A stretch of DNA of 64,000 bases from an uncultured archaeon (GCA_938083505.1 CALKCF010000002.1:64001-128000); one strand, 5' to 3'. Counted from the stretch's first letter, positions 48,700-58,563 are shown. The notes: generated from the sequence alone by a model not told the origin. Translations and numbers: made by a program.

Positions 48700-50796
48700 T
48701 CAATCTGTAAGCTCGTAAATGTATACGTATGCATAACTCCTATATGGAGGGCTGGACGAATAGATGAGCTTGAAACCACTTACGTTAGGCTCCTCGTAAT
48801 AATGTGTAACAGCACCACTTTCTGTGCGTGGTTTGTAAGGTATAAGTTGACCGAGTAATGTTTCCTTCCAAAACCTATCCGTAGCGCCCACGGTTAGTGG
48901 TTTTGTTGGGTCATAGTAGTCTCTTTCGCTGAAGCGCTCTATACCGAGCTTTTGTGCTTCTTGATTTGCTATTCTTAGCATCCAGACCCATTTTCCCTCG
49001 TCACCGTAACCAAGCAACCTTGGTAAATATGTGCCAGCATATGACACAACTTCGTGCGTTACGAATATTAAAACATGAGTTACACCATATTGCCTCAGTA
49101 TCTGAGCAGCCTTTTCAGGCGGCGACATGAATGCAAGTGCCAAAACCCCAATCTGCGTACTATTCGTTGTTGAGTTATCGGCAAGCGTGGTCTTGTTTCC
49201 CATTACGGTAATCCAATAACCATAGTCCCACCATGCAGCAACGACTGCGTTGTCTGGAAGATTGTCTCTCATCCATGAGAGTGCGTTTATCCAGTCAGGT
49301 ATGTTTGCCGCAACCGGTAACGTGCTTTGTATCACCGTAGGAGGAACGTATGCCTGGTCTATTGGTGATAATCTCGGTAAGCTTCTACCAATAAGAAAAG
49401 AGGGTGCTAACGGAGCTGTCAACATCAACACAACAAGCAGGGGCGTCACAATCGCGTATTCTATCGGAACTCTTTCTCCTTTTCTCATTTTAACTCTGCT
49501 TGTTATTACGTTCCCAAACGAGTCAAATATTCTACCGATAGCGTATCCAGAAGTTATTGCAATGAACGGTGCAGCTAGCGCAGATAACCTAACCATAGAT
49601 GCCGCGAAGTATACACTAAAGATGGTAAGAACAGATATGAATATTGCTTCATCGGTTCCTTTCTTTAATAGATAATAAATTCCCACAGGAACGAATACCA
49701 AGAAGAACCCTAAATCCATGAACATCGTTGTCCACGTACCTAACTGGTTCTCCGCAACAGATACTAGAATAGGTAATTCGCCTCTCATACCCGGCAGTAC
49801 TGTTGAAAGGAACTTAGTAGCCGGAAGTGCGGCCAAGATACCGAGCGATACCAACAGAACTATTGTCGTAATCCTGGGCACGAAACTCCTTAGGAATTTA
49901 TTGCCGAAGTTGCTCGAGAGTTCGAAGACTACGAGTAGAAAAAGGACCACCAGCCCACTTATTATAGTTATGTCATTTAAGTAACCTACACCACCTAACT
50001 TAGGGACGGATGTTGCTATCGTCGATGCTAAACCAAATGTTATCGAGTAAGACACTAGAAGTTCTCTTCTATACCGCCCTATGAATGAAAGCAACAACGT
50101 TATTATGTGTATAAACATGAACGGGAATTTATGAGCACCCCAGCATGTCGCAACGTATCCTAAGAAGAGGCCAGATAGGACAGAAAATATAATCACATGT
50201 TTGAGGCTCTTCCCCTTTTTGATGGCATAAACATACATGAGAAAACTTATCAGCATAAATGGTATGGAAATGCTCTCGTCATCGAACCAGCCTGCATGTG
50301 TCCTGCTTATGTTTGCATTGCTTATCGCTAAGGCGAACGCTGCCAATAGACCGGTTGATTTCCCACCAACCTCTTTACCTAGGAAATAAACTACGAGTAC
50401 AGCTACCACAGACATTATCGCAGGGAAGATGACGGCCAGTTCCAAAAGGTCGACATGTATACCTATTGATGATAAGGAGAGATAGATGAACGCCAGCAAG
50501 AAAGGAAGTCCTGGGTAGAAAGTCTTACTTACAAACTGTCCATAAGGATACCAACGTTCCGTATCTATCCAAGAGAAATACTCAACAAAGCCTGACCATC
50601 CTCTTTCGACGATAAATTCTGCTTGGCGGAACTGCATCCATGGATCAAACTCTGACAAAAGAGTACCCCACCTGATCGGCAGCATCCTGATAGTGAATGC
50701 AATTACCAAAATAGACATCATAGCTGCGATCTCTAGGACGATAGGTTTAAACGTGAGAAATGAACGGATACTGCTTTTAATTTCCATAAACTTCAC
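48700..50796 (-). CDS. aglB: Oligosaccharyltransferase catalytic subunit AglB/STT3
   Basis: EFDPW, WYPYG, GWFDDE, SVAENQ, WWDYGY, DNSTTN, DEGKWVWMLRIA. Confidence 0.93.
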   Translation of the reverse strand: MKFMEIKSSIRSFLTFKPIVLEIAAMMSILVIAFTIRMLPIRWGTLLSEFDPWMQFRQAEFIVERGWSGFVEYFSWIDTERWYPYGQFVSKTFYPGLPFLLAFIYLSLSSIGIHVDLLELAVIFPAIMSVVAVLVVYFLGKEVGGKSTGLLAAFALAISNANISRTHAGWFDDESISIPFMLISFLMYVYAIKKGKSLKHVIIFSVLSGLFLGYVATCWGAHKFPFMFIHIITLLLSFIGRYRRELLVSYSITFGLASTIATSVPKLGGVGYLNDITIISGLVVLFLLVVFELSSNFGNKFLRSFVPRITTIVLLVSLGILAALPATKFLSTVLPGMRGELPILVSVAENQLGTWTTMFMDLGFFLVFVPVGIYYLLKKGTDEAIFISVLTIFSVYFAASMVRLSALAAPFIAITSGYAIGRIFDSFGNVITSRVKMRKGERVPIEYAIVTPLLVVLMLTAPLAPSFLIGRSLPRLSPIDQAYVPPTVIQSTLPVAANIPDWINALSWMRDNLPDNAVVAAWWDYGYWITVMGNKTTLADNSTTNSTQIGVLALAFMSPPEKAAQILRQYGVTHVLIFVTHEVVSYAGTYLPRLLGYGDEGKWVWMLRIANQEAQKLGIERFSERDYYDPTKPLTVGATDRFWKETLLGQLIPYKPRTESGAVTHYYEEPNVSGFKLIYSSSPPYRSYAYVYIYELTD

Positions 50797-50801
50797 TCAC
50801 C

Positions 50802-50957
50802 TTACTTTAAAATCCTAATGTTTTGGACGGACGGTTTAAGAATCTTCCCACATTTAGGACAGACGCCGGAATACTCCCGAACTACCTCATCAGGTGTCTT
50901 TAATTCATTACCTTCGTACAGCACGTAACCGCAGTGTCCGCAAGTTATTATCAACAA
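50802..50957 (-). CDS. 51-aa zinc-ribbon microprotein; absent from the ORF track
   Basis: MLIITCGHCGYVLYEGNELKTPDEVVREYSGVCPKCGKILKPSVQNIRILK*; TTG start with GGTGG RBS; ends 5 nt before aglB. Confidence 0.8.
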   Translation of the reverse strand: MLIITCGHCGYVLYEGNELKTPDEVVREYSGVCPKCGKILKPSVQNIRILK

Positions 50958-51089
50958 GCCGACCACCGAGTTAATCATCAAAAATGTTTGTTAACGAGTT
51001 TTATATAGCTTTAGGAATCTTTAAAAACAACTGTAAATTAATTAATATAAACAAATTTCGATCATGTGACACTAAAACGGTGTTAGCGA

Positions 51090-51497
51090 ATGAAAAGAAA
51101 GTTGGAGGAACTTTACAACCGTTTTGTCGAATCATTTAATAAGTTCATTTCAGCAAGAGAGTTCAAGGTAGGTCTTCCATTAGCTGTTGCTTTGCTTGTA
51201 ATAATTCTTATGGGCGGGCTTCTATACTGTATCTCGAACCCGACCGTAGGCCCAGTGATATTCATAGAAGGTGTAGCCCGTGTTTTTATTCCTGACTATA
51301 TGATGCAAACTTCGGGTGAACTATTCGTCATGTTTACATACTACCTCATGGCCTTAATCGGCGTCATGCTTTACATCATGGCAGGAAGAGAGAGCTCTTT
51401 AGGTAGGAAGACAAAATACATGTATATCTTTAGTTTCATACTTTTGCTGATAGCATTCGTCGGTATACTATTAGCTCTACAGGCAAAAATTGGATAA
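51090..51497 (+). CDS. 3-TM protein resembling OSTC/DC2 and the OST3/OST6 membrane domain
   Basis: TM1 ending GGLLY, loop with QTSGE, TM2 with G, TM3 followed by terminal K; divergent from aglB. Confidence 0.6.
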   Translation: MKRKLEELYNRFVESFNKFISAREFKVGLPLAVALLVIILMGGLLYCISNPTVGPVIFIEGVARVFIPDYMMQTSGELFVMFTYYLMALIGVMLYIMAGRESSLGRKTKYMYIFSFILLLIAFVGILLALQAKIG

Positions 51498-52169
51498 TCA
51501 GCCTACGGCCTCTATGCCCACATTCGTTATCTTAAACCTTTGCTCAAAAGGCGGCCCGCCCTTTTCAACCTTTAGGACCTTGATACCCATGGGAGAGTTC
51601 TCAAGTCTAAATATGACGTCGGACCAATATCTGACTATCCTAGACGCCACAGGTTTTATGCCCAAACCAGGTACTTCGTGAGTTTGTCCTACTATGATTA
51701 TTGGTATACCGTTCGTGAGGGCGACTTCTTTGAGTGAGGCCGTCTGAAACGTCAACCTTTTGAATATGGGCGCATCCTCCTTCACTTCTCCCTTCATTGC
51801 TATCCTGTGTAGGTATGTGTAATCATCAAGCACTATTAACCTCGTACTAGGTGATGTGCCTTCCAGTAAGCTTATAATCGTTGCTTCCTGCTCATCAAAA
51901 TCCTTAACGGGTGTGAGCATAAGCTTGGAAGCATCTACCCTGTTTGTAGAAAGTACTTGTAAGAGTCTTTTAACATGTATTCTTTCTCCACAATCTACCC
52001 ATACGACCTTACCACCAAGTTTGATGGTGTTTGCAGCTGCTAAAAGTGCGAGGCTCGTTTTGCCACTTTTCTCCTCACCATAGATAAAGTGAAGCACACC
52101 ACCTACGTAGCCACCTATGGCTAGGTCGAGTTTTGGCAGGCCAGTAGGGATGCGCATCATTCTCTGCAA
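51498..52169 (-). CDS. radB: DNA repair protein RadB-like RecA-family ATPase
   Basis: IPTG...LD, GEEKSGKT, IVLDD, YWSDV; no N-terminal HhH domain. Confidence 0.75.
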   Translation of the reverse strand: MQRMMRIPTGLPKLDLAIGGYVGGVLHFIYGEEKSGKTSLALLAAANTIKLGGKVVWVDCGERIHVKRLLQVLSTNRVDASKLMLTPVKDFDEQEATIISLLEGTSPSTRLIVLDDYTYLHRIAMKGEVKEDAPIFKRLTFQTASLKEVALTNGIPIIIVGQTHEVPGLGIKPVASRIVRYWSDVIFRLENSPMGIKVLKVEKGGPPFEQRFKITNVGIEAVG

Positions 52170-52292
52170 ATAATCATCACTAAACTCGCATTAAACATTT
52201 AACGCAGGTTTTGCAATATAAAGAACATTAGCTTCAATAAACTATTTAATTTATGATTTAGGGTTTTTGAAGATATCTAGAGGTGCCGTTAG

Positions 52293-53057
52293 ATGGTAAG
52301 TTTAGCCGAGGTCGTTAACAGTTTACCTGAGACAAAAAAGCTTTACCTCGATGACTCTTACAAAAGGGAAGCGGAATCTCGTGTGCTACGTTGGATAAGG
52401 GAAACGGGAAGAAAGGGTTACATTGTCGTTAGTGAGACAATAATGCACCCAAAATCCGGAGCTCAACCATCCGATCATGGCATTTTGGAAACTGTCGGTA
52501 CAACTTTCATGGTAAGCAAGGTCATGGAATACGGTGGCGTCATTGTACACTATGGTGAGGTATGCGGTAGCGATTTCAAGGAAGGTATGGATGTGAGAAT
52601 GCGCCTTGACTGGGAAAGGAGGTACAAGATAATGAGAACACATACCGCTGGCCATATACTGGATTATGCAATCGTAGCAGTCTGCGGAAGATCTTTTCAG
52701 TCCCAGTCGGCGATGCATGATGTGGGATACGGTTTCCAAGAATATCTCGGTGAGTATTCTGGTGATTTAAGAGAAAGGATAGAAGAAGTTGCTAACGTAG
52801 TCGTAGCGTCAAACAAGCCAGTCTTCGCGGAGTACGTGAATGTTTATGAGCTAAATAAGAAAGTTTTCGGTGCGCCTAACTTGGGCCGACTACCCCGTCT
52901 GGATGTTTATAGAATAGTAGTGATAGAAGGTATAAACGCAATACCATGCAGCGGAACCCATGTAAAGAGTACGTCTGAGGTTGGGCGTATAAATATTGAG
53001 TTAATTGAGCGGGTAGGTAATGGTTTCAGGATAAGTTACAAAGTTTTAGAGGGCTAA
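52293..53057 (+). CDS. Alanyl-tRNA editing protein AlaX-M
   Basis: LYLDDSY, GAQPSDHG, HTAGHILD, CSGTHV. Confidence 0.88.
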   Translation: MVSLAEVVNSLPETKKLYLDDSYKREAESRVLRWIRETGRKGYIVVSETIMHPKSGAQPSDHGILETVGTTFMVSKVMEYGGVIVHYGEVCGSDFKEGMDVRMRLDWERRYKIMRTHTAGHILDYAIVAVCGRSFQSQSAMHDVGYGFQEYLGEYSGDLRERIEEVANVVVASNKPVFAEYVNVYELNKKVFGAPNLGRLPRLDVYRIVVIEGINAIPCSGTHVKSTSEVGRINIELIERVGNGFRISYKVLEG

Positions 53058-53854
53058 AATTCTCCGGATAGGTTATATTTTCTTACAAACCAGTCGCCGA
53101 TGTTCGGTGAAAGTGCGTTCAGCATAAGGAAAATTTTAACATTTTATCAGATTTGGGTATTATGACTTCGATCTTATCCTTTTCTACGGCATCGAGTATT
53201 GCAGCCGCCACTTGCTCTGGTGGAATAGGTCTTGTTACTTTTTCTATTGGGTAGCCTCAATTTCTCTATCAAAGATGTCTCGACGTATCCAGGGTAGACA
53301 TCCACAACACGTACACCTGTTCTGAATAACTCTTGTCTGAGAAGCTCTGTAAAGCCTATCAGAGCAAACTTGCTACATACGTAGCCAGGGGAGTGCTTCA
53401 AAGCCTTCTTACCTTCGACCGATGATACGTTTACTATAACACCCCCTGCCCCTCTTCAGCATTTCCTTCAAAGCCCTTAATGTGCAGTAAACGAGTCCGA
53501 AGAAATTTATCCTCATAACCTCTTCTATGTCCGTCGGGTCTGCCTTGGTCACTCCCCTTACGTCAGATACCCCAACGCTGTTTACGAGTATGTCCAAAGT
53601 TCCGAATGTTTGAGCAACCCAATCGATAAGCCTTTCAGTCTGTTGTCTGACACTCATATCCAAGGAAACGGGTATGCCTCAAATCCTTCGGAAATGAGAG
53701 CTTTCGCTATGGATTTAAGCTTATCAGCAGAACGTGCGGAAAGTATAGTCTTCGCTCCTTCCCTTGCAAAGGCTTCTGCTGTAGCCCTTCCTATTCCACT
53801 AGATACACCAACAACAAGGACGACGTGATTTTTAAGTCGTTCGCCCTTTGTCAT
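53054..53854 (-). pseudogene. Frameshifted short-chain dehydrogenase/reductase
   Basis: GVSSGIG, DILVNS, NFFG, YVCSKFA, PGYVET spread over at least 4 frame segments. Confidence 0.8.
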
Positions 53855-53957
53855 AATATGTATTACTATGGTGCTGTGTTTTTGAGCTTTGTCCTTGATA
53901 GTTCATACATTACTCGGATGATAAGTTCTTTGATGAGGTAGTCCTTGTTGAGTATAG

Positions 53958-54073
53958 CGCCGGGGCTGGGATTTGAACCCAGGCGACCCTCGTCGGGTCA
54001 GCGGCTTTCTTGACCAGCTTGTCCTCTTACAAGATCTCGAGGCCGCCCCTATACCTGGCTAAGGGACCCCGGC
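53958..54073 (-). tRNA. tRNA-Ser(CGA) with 29-nt 37/38 intron (54007-54035)
   Basis: GCCGGGG/CCCCGGC acceptor, G73, GCGGC-CTCGAG|A-GCCGC, long variable arm, CTGGG-TTCAAAT-CCCAG. Confidence 0.92.
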
Positions 54074-54179
54074 CCAAGAACTATACCGTTCCTTAATAAT
54101 ATTAATATTTTAGGTTAGTTTTTACATTATGTTATACATTAAATGTTAAAAGCTCAACACAATAATTAATTAATTCGTA

Positions 54180-54932
54180 TTACATCAGGTCGCCGCACTC
54201 GCACAAGGCTTCATGAATTAGAGCGTATAGGTCACTCATACCTTCACCTGTTTTAACCGAAGTCTTAACTATCCTAACAGTTTTAGATAATTCCTCAACC
54301 AATTCGATAAATTTCGATGTCAGATCTACTATCAGCCCCCTTTCTTCGGACATTAGCTTTTCTTTTAGATTACGTAAATCTATTGAGAATTCTTCAACTT
54401 TGCGAACTTCAGGTAGATCAGCTTTATTTATCACAGAGATTACTGGAATTCCCAATCTGAACCTAGTTATTATTGGCAGTAAGAACGACGTGACTAAACC
54501 GCTTAGATCGGAAGCCAAAGCAGGGTCAATTATGTACACAGAGACCGTCGGAGCGTGTTTGGATATCTCTTCGATAAATCTTGGACCCATAGGTCTAAAC
54601 AAAAAGAGCTCTATCTGTCCAGGAGTATCTATAAGCTTAAAGTCCGATTCTAGATTATAGATTTTTCTAGATACTTCAGAGATGTTCTCTTCTATTATCT
54701 CGGCTGCTCTAATCATCGCTCCATTAGGTCCTAACCCATACTTCATCAATCTATCAACGGTTATTATCTCCCTTACATCGTATGAGGGGTTGTACGGTAT
54801 CCTATGAACTCCGGGGTCTAAATTGACATAAGACACGTCTGTACCTAGCTCATGCTCTAACCACTTGCCAAAAACATATGTCAAACTAGTCTTTCCACAA
54901 CCAGCCGTGCCAATAAAAACTATATTTAACAT
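54180..54932 (-). CDS. GPN-loop GTPase
   Basis: GTAGCGKT, NLDPG, GLGPNGA, DTPGQIE, NKAD. Confidence 0.92.
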   Translation of the reverse strand: MLNIVFIGTAGCGKTSLTYVFGKWLEHELGTDVSYVNLDPGVHRIPYNPSYDVREIITVDRLMKYGLGPNGAMIRAAEIIEENISEVSRKIYNLESDFKLIDTPGQIELFLFRPMGPRFIEEISKHAPTVSVYIIDPALASDLSGLVTSFLLPIITRFRLGIPVISVINKADLPEVRKVEEFSIDLRNLKEKLMSEERGLIVDLTSKFIELVEELSKTVRIVKTSVKTGEGMSDLYALIHEALCECGDLM

Positions 54933-55001
54933 CGTTACGGAAATAGGAAATAATTTGTAAACTTATAAACCTTAGAACCTGACGATATCTAATCACAATT
55001 C

Positions 55002-55337
55002 CTATTTTGGTAACCATTCACTTAATAGTTTACGATACCATCTGTCCTCCTCGTATATTTCTTCGTACTTTCCACTCTCTGAAGCTATCTTTGCGGCTAA
55101 TAGATGATAACACATAGGCTTCTCATGACTTAATACTCTAAAATAGAAATCGTCGCATGTGCAGTATCCTGCTTTGAGTAAAATGAGATAATCTTGTGTT
55201 CTACCCACAACAACCCATCTCGTCCTACCACTCGGTTTGAAGACGTACCGCTTCACGAGACCCTTCTCTACGGCCTCGAGTGCTTCCTCATACATTAACC
55301 CATATTTCTCCTTCAACGAACTTAACTCATCCTTCAT
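55002..55337 (-). CDS. SWIM zinc-finger protein
   Basis: YCTCDDF...CYH. Confidence 0.85.
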   Translation of the reverse strand: MKDELSSLKEKYGLMYEEALEAVEKGLVKRYVFKPSGRTRWVVVGRTQDYLILLKAGYCTCDDFYFRVLSHEKPMCYHLLAAKIASESGKYEEIYEEDRWYRKLLSEWLPK

Positions 55338-56140
55338 GCAAACTCCCTTAAATCTGAAACCTTGCCCAGATGTGTGCCATCAAGCATGTAAACTTCAGCT
55401 TTAGAGAGGTCAAATAAGCCTGATTTCATTAGTGGTCCCAACAGTTCATGTCCCTCTGATATGGTGTTCACAGCAACGCCCGAAAGAAAATCGTTGAAGG
55501 ACGGCATCACTAAAAGACTCAGGCGTCCCCTCGGAGCCTTCGAGCCATGTTTACGTCTTAACCTTCTCACGAATGAAGATCTGTCAGTTTCTAGATTTAA
55601 CCAAACTCTCTTTCTGATTGTGAAGCCGAGTTCCGCACGTAGTCTGACGACAGGGTGTATGTGTCCCATCACAAGCATATCGGCGTTGGAGAGGAGCATA
55701 TATGGCCACGTATGGCCGTGGAATAAGCCGACCTTATGTTCTCCAACTTCTATCATGAAACCTCTCGAAGGTGCATAGATAACGGAGTCGCCGAGTATCT
55801 TGCTTATACTAGCATCATGATTTCCTGGAACCAGTACGACCTCATCAACCATCCTCCGAACGTCTTCAACCATGCTAGACAAATACCTCCACTCGGTCTT
55901 AGAGATCCCGGGAACCTTATGTTTAAGGTCGCCTAAGATTATTAACTTTTTAGCTTTAGTTTTCTCTATTAATTGCTTAATTTCTTCTATTAGTCTCCAG
56001 CTTTGAGAAGGAACTCTAAAGCCAATCTCATGAAGTTCTTCCTCGAAACCTACATGAACGTCTGATATTATGAGAGTCTTAACTGGTCGTTCAACCATTA
56101 GGACAGGTGCTTCTGGTATCTTAAATAAGATCGGCCTCAA
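55334..56140 (-). CDS. Metallophosphoesterase (COG1407/ICC-like)
   Basis: SDVHVG, LGDLKH, GNHD, HGH, GHIHP, MPSFN. Confidence 0.85.
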   Translation of the reverse strand: MRPILFKIPEAPVLMVERPVKTLIISDVHVGFEEELHEIGFRVPSQSWRLIEEIKQLIEKTKAKKLIILGDLKHKVPGISKTEWRYLSSMVEDVRRMVDEVVLVPGNHDASISKILGDSVIYAPSRGFMIEVGEHKVGLFHGHTWPYMLLSNADMLVMGHIHPVVRLRAELGFTIRKRVWLNLETDRSSFVRRLRRKHGSKAPRGRLSLLVMPSFNDFLSGVAVNTISEGHELLGPLMKSGLFDLSKAEVYMLDGTHLGKVSDLREFA

Positions 56141-56184
56141 TCATACTTCTGGTTGAGAGTCCAAAATTTATAGTTAAGCCTAAT

Positions 56185-57309
56185 TTACCGCTTAGTAAGC
56201 TCTGCTAACCTTTCAGGTAAGAATTCCTTCACGATAAACTCTAGACCGTACCTAGAAAAGGCCTCAAGTTCTGCTTTTCTTCCAATTTTCGAGAATACAG
56301 CTAACTCCCTCTTCCAAGGATCGGTCTGGTATCTTGGGTCTCTTTTTAGTTCTTCCAATCGTTTCGCGTCCTGTTCGGTAAATTTCATGGAAGGTAGCTT
56401 ATATTTGATTATGTCAGATGCGTATAAACCAGCCCACACAGCATCAGGGATGTTCAGTTCGCGCAGATGTGCTGATATAGCCGAGCCATGTATTAAGACA
56501 GATGCTATGTGAACACCGAACGGGTCTGCATCTGCAAATATGTAAACAGGGAGATTAAGCTCCTCATTCAACCTCCTGATCAGCTTCCTTGCGTTTCTTG
56601 GAGATTGTCCAGCCGTATGGATAAGGAGGGCCTTATATTTCTTGTCAGCCCCTTCCTCAACAAACCTTGCGAAGACTGCACCCTTCTCTATAACGAAGAG
56701 AACTTCGGCACCACACTTGATGAATTCGGCAGTTGTGAGAGCTGGACCTATGGCGAAACCATCTGGGTGTGATGAAAGATCAACCCTTTTGCCTCTGAAT
56801 CCTGGCACTGTGTACTCTATCACTAAGTCACCATATATAGAGGCCCTTTCTTCTGGAAATATGTTAAGGTCCTCCCTAGGATGTCCTAGCAAACTTTCTA
56901 ACTCGACTATTGCCTCGTCACTTTCATCCTGATCCTCAAAATCTATGCCCTCGCCTATAGCAACATAGTACGTATCTCTAAGGGTGGAGGTCTTGCCAGC
57001 CTTTATCAACTTCTTAGCAAAGCTGCTGATCCAGATTACCTGGGCGAATGGTCTAAGATGTTTAACGTTCTTCGTTGTCCTTAAAATGTATTTGTCTCCT
57101 AGGACATATTGTCTTAAGTTGGGATCATATATTATGTTGCTCGTTGCTCTCAACGGAAGCTGTATTTCTGGGAAAACACCGTTCTCGAGATTGTTCACTA
57201 TCTTCTCGCCTAATCGTGTCAAGGATTGTAATACGCTCTCCTTAATTTTATCGATCTTGTAGTAATGTCTCGTACGTTCATTGTCTTGCCCGCCCTCCAT
57301 AATCATCAC
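56185..57309 (-). CDS. top6A: DNA topoisomerase VI subunit A (Spo11 family)
   Basis: STLRDTYY (catalytic Tyr), EDQDESD, IEK and DADPFG Toprim, KAELEA. Confidence 0.9.
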   Translation of the reverse strand: MMIMEGGQDNERTRHYYKIDKIKESVLQSLTRLGEKIVNNLENGVFPEIQLPLRATSNIIYDPNLRQYVLGDKYILRTTKNVKHLRPFAQVIWISSFAKKLIKAGKTSTLRDTYYVAIGEGIDFEDQDESDEAIVELESLLGHPREDLNIFPEERASIYGDLVIEYTVPGFRGKRVDLSSHPDGFAIGPALTTAEFIKCGAEVLFVIEKGAVFARFVEEGADKKYKALLIHTAGQSPRNARKLIRRLNEELNLPVYIFADADPFGVHIASVLIHGSAISAHLRELNIPDAVWAGLYASDIIKYKLPSMKFTEQDAKRLEELKRDPRYQTDPWKRELAVFSKIGRKAELEAFSRYGLEFIVKEFLPERLAELTKR

Positions 57310-57417
57310 CTGTCCACCTTTCTTCGCTTCCTTTATTTATAGCTTAGATATATAAAGCATATATGCAACTAAGATTTATCTTAAAGTAACATCTTACTTG
57401 CTGACGGGCGTGCGAAG

Positions 57418-57792
57418 TTGGATGCTAAACTAGAAGTCAAAGCACCTCTGAACCCGACTGAGGATGAGGAAAAAGTTGTGAAAAGTATCCTAAGCATATT
57501 TAAAGTCAAGGTGAACGTAATGCAAGGTGAGGCAATAGGTTGTTCTGAAAATATATCCTCACTCGAAAAGTTAAAACGTATGATAAGGCAAAAAAGAATA
57601 AGGTTTACTGCCAGGGCCATTATGAAAAGCGGTATAAAAGGCAACATCGTGGAATTCTATCTACATAAACAAGCAGCGTACGCTGGTAAAGTGTCGTTTT
57701 CAAATGTTGAGGGTGAATCGCCGCTCGGTCCTATTAAAGTTATAATAAAAACAGATGATCCGGACAAACTGATAGAATGGCTCACTGAATGA
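57418..57792 (+). CDS. DUF54/COG1931 RNA-binding-domain protein
   Basis: PTEDEEKV, I..TAR, HKQAAY, ESPLGPI. Confidence 0.82.
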   Translation: MDAKLEVKAPLNPTEDEEKVVKSILSIFKVKVNVMQGEAIGCSENISSLEKLKRMIRQKRIRFTARAIMKSGIKGNIVEFYLHKQAAYAGKVSFSNVEGESPLGPIKVIIKTDDPDKLIEWLTE

Positions 57793-57810
57793 TAACAGGA
57801 TGTAAAAAGC

Positions 57811-58563
57811 ATGATACCGTGTGTATCAACACTCTTCGTTCACGAATCGCCGTTCGGCAGGATTCTAGAATGGTTAAAACGTTTGAGAGCTAGAGCATGG
57901 GAGATAATAGACGAAAAACCCAATGAGTTAGACATAAAAAAAGTTGAAAGTTACAAGGGTGCGTTATCTAACGAGTTAACATTGATAAACGTTCACGGTC
58001 CCTATAACCCACTAACATTCGGGCATTTTTGGTTTAAAAGACTTGAAGCTACGATTTTGTTGGCTGGGCTGTTACACTCTAAATATGTTGTGCTTCATAT
58101 TCCAAAGCGCGAAGATTTTGAAGTCATGCTTGAAAATTTAGAAAAACTGGCCCATACCGCCTCAAAATTTGAAATAAATCTGCTCGTTGAAAACTGCACA
58201 TCAAATGAGAGCGCATACCTAAATACTTTTGAAGATTTCGTCATACTCTTCGATACAACATCTACAAAAAATCTAGGCCTATGCCTAGATGTAGGCCACG
58301 CTTACATTGAAAGGGAGTTAGATGATTTTTTGAGTAAACTTTATGAAAGGTTCATGAACGTTCATTTACATGATAACGACGGATTACATGACTTACACAT
58401 GCCGTTAGACACTGGGAAGATTCCGTGGCGGAAAATTCTAGAAACATTGGCTAGAAAAGGATACGAGGGGTTTATTACGTTAGAGTGTAAGAGCAAAATA
58501 GAAGACAGCCTAAATAAATTAAACGAAACTACACTCAGGTTTAGTAGTCTTCGAACGTTTTAG
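57811..58563 (+). CDS. Sugar phosphate isomerase/epimerase (AP endonuclease 2 TIM barrel)
   Basis: VHGP, VEN, CLDVGHA, HLHDNDG..DLH, TLE. Confidence 0.85.
   Translation: MIPCVSTLFVHESPFGRILEWLKRLRARAWEIIDEKPNELDIKKVESYKGALSNELTLINVHGPYNPLTFGHFWFKRLEATILLAGLLHSKYVVLHIPKREDFEVMLENLEKLAHTASKFEINLLVENCTSNESAYLNTFEDFVILFDTTSTKNLGLCLDVGHAYIERELDDFLSKLYERFMNVHLHDNDGLHDLHMPLDTGKIPWRKILETLARKGYEGFITLECKSKIEDSLNKLNETTLRFSSLRTF

Noticed and set aside
53174-53854. Programmed frameshifting in the SDR gene
   Set aside because: Too many independent shifts and no slippery site plus structure; a pseudogene is simpler
53890-53952. Possible C/D sRNA (TTGATGA...TTGA) next to tRNA-Ser
   Set aside because: Only one plausible box pair; no complete C-D'-C'-D layout
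36543-54073. Integrated element between tRNA-Leu and tRNA-Ser
   Set aside because: No integrase, no duplicated tRNA 3' end, and the content is housekeeping
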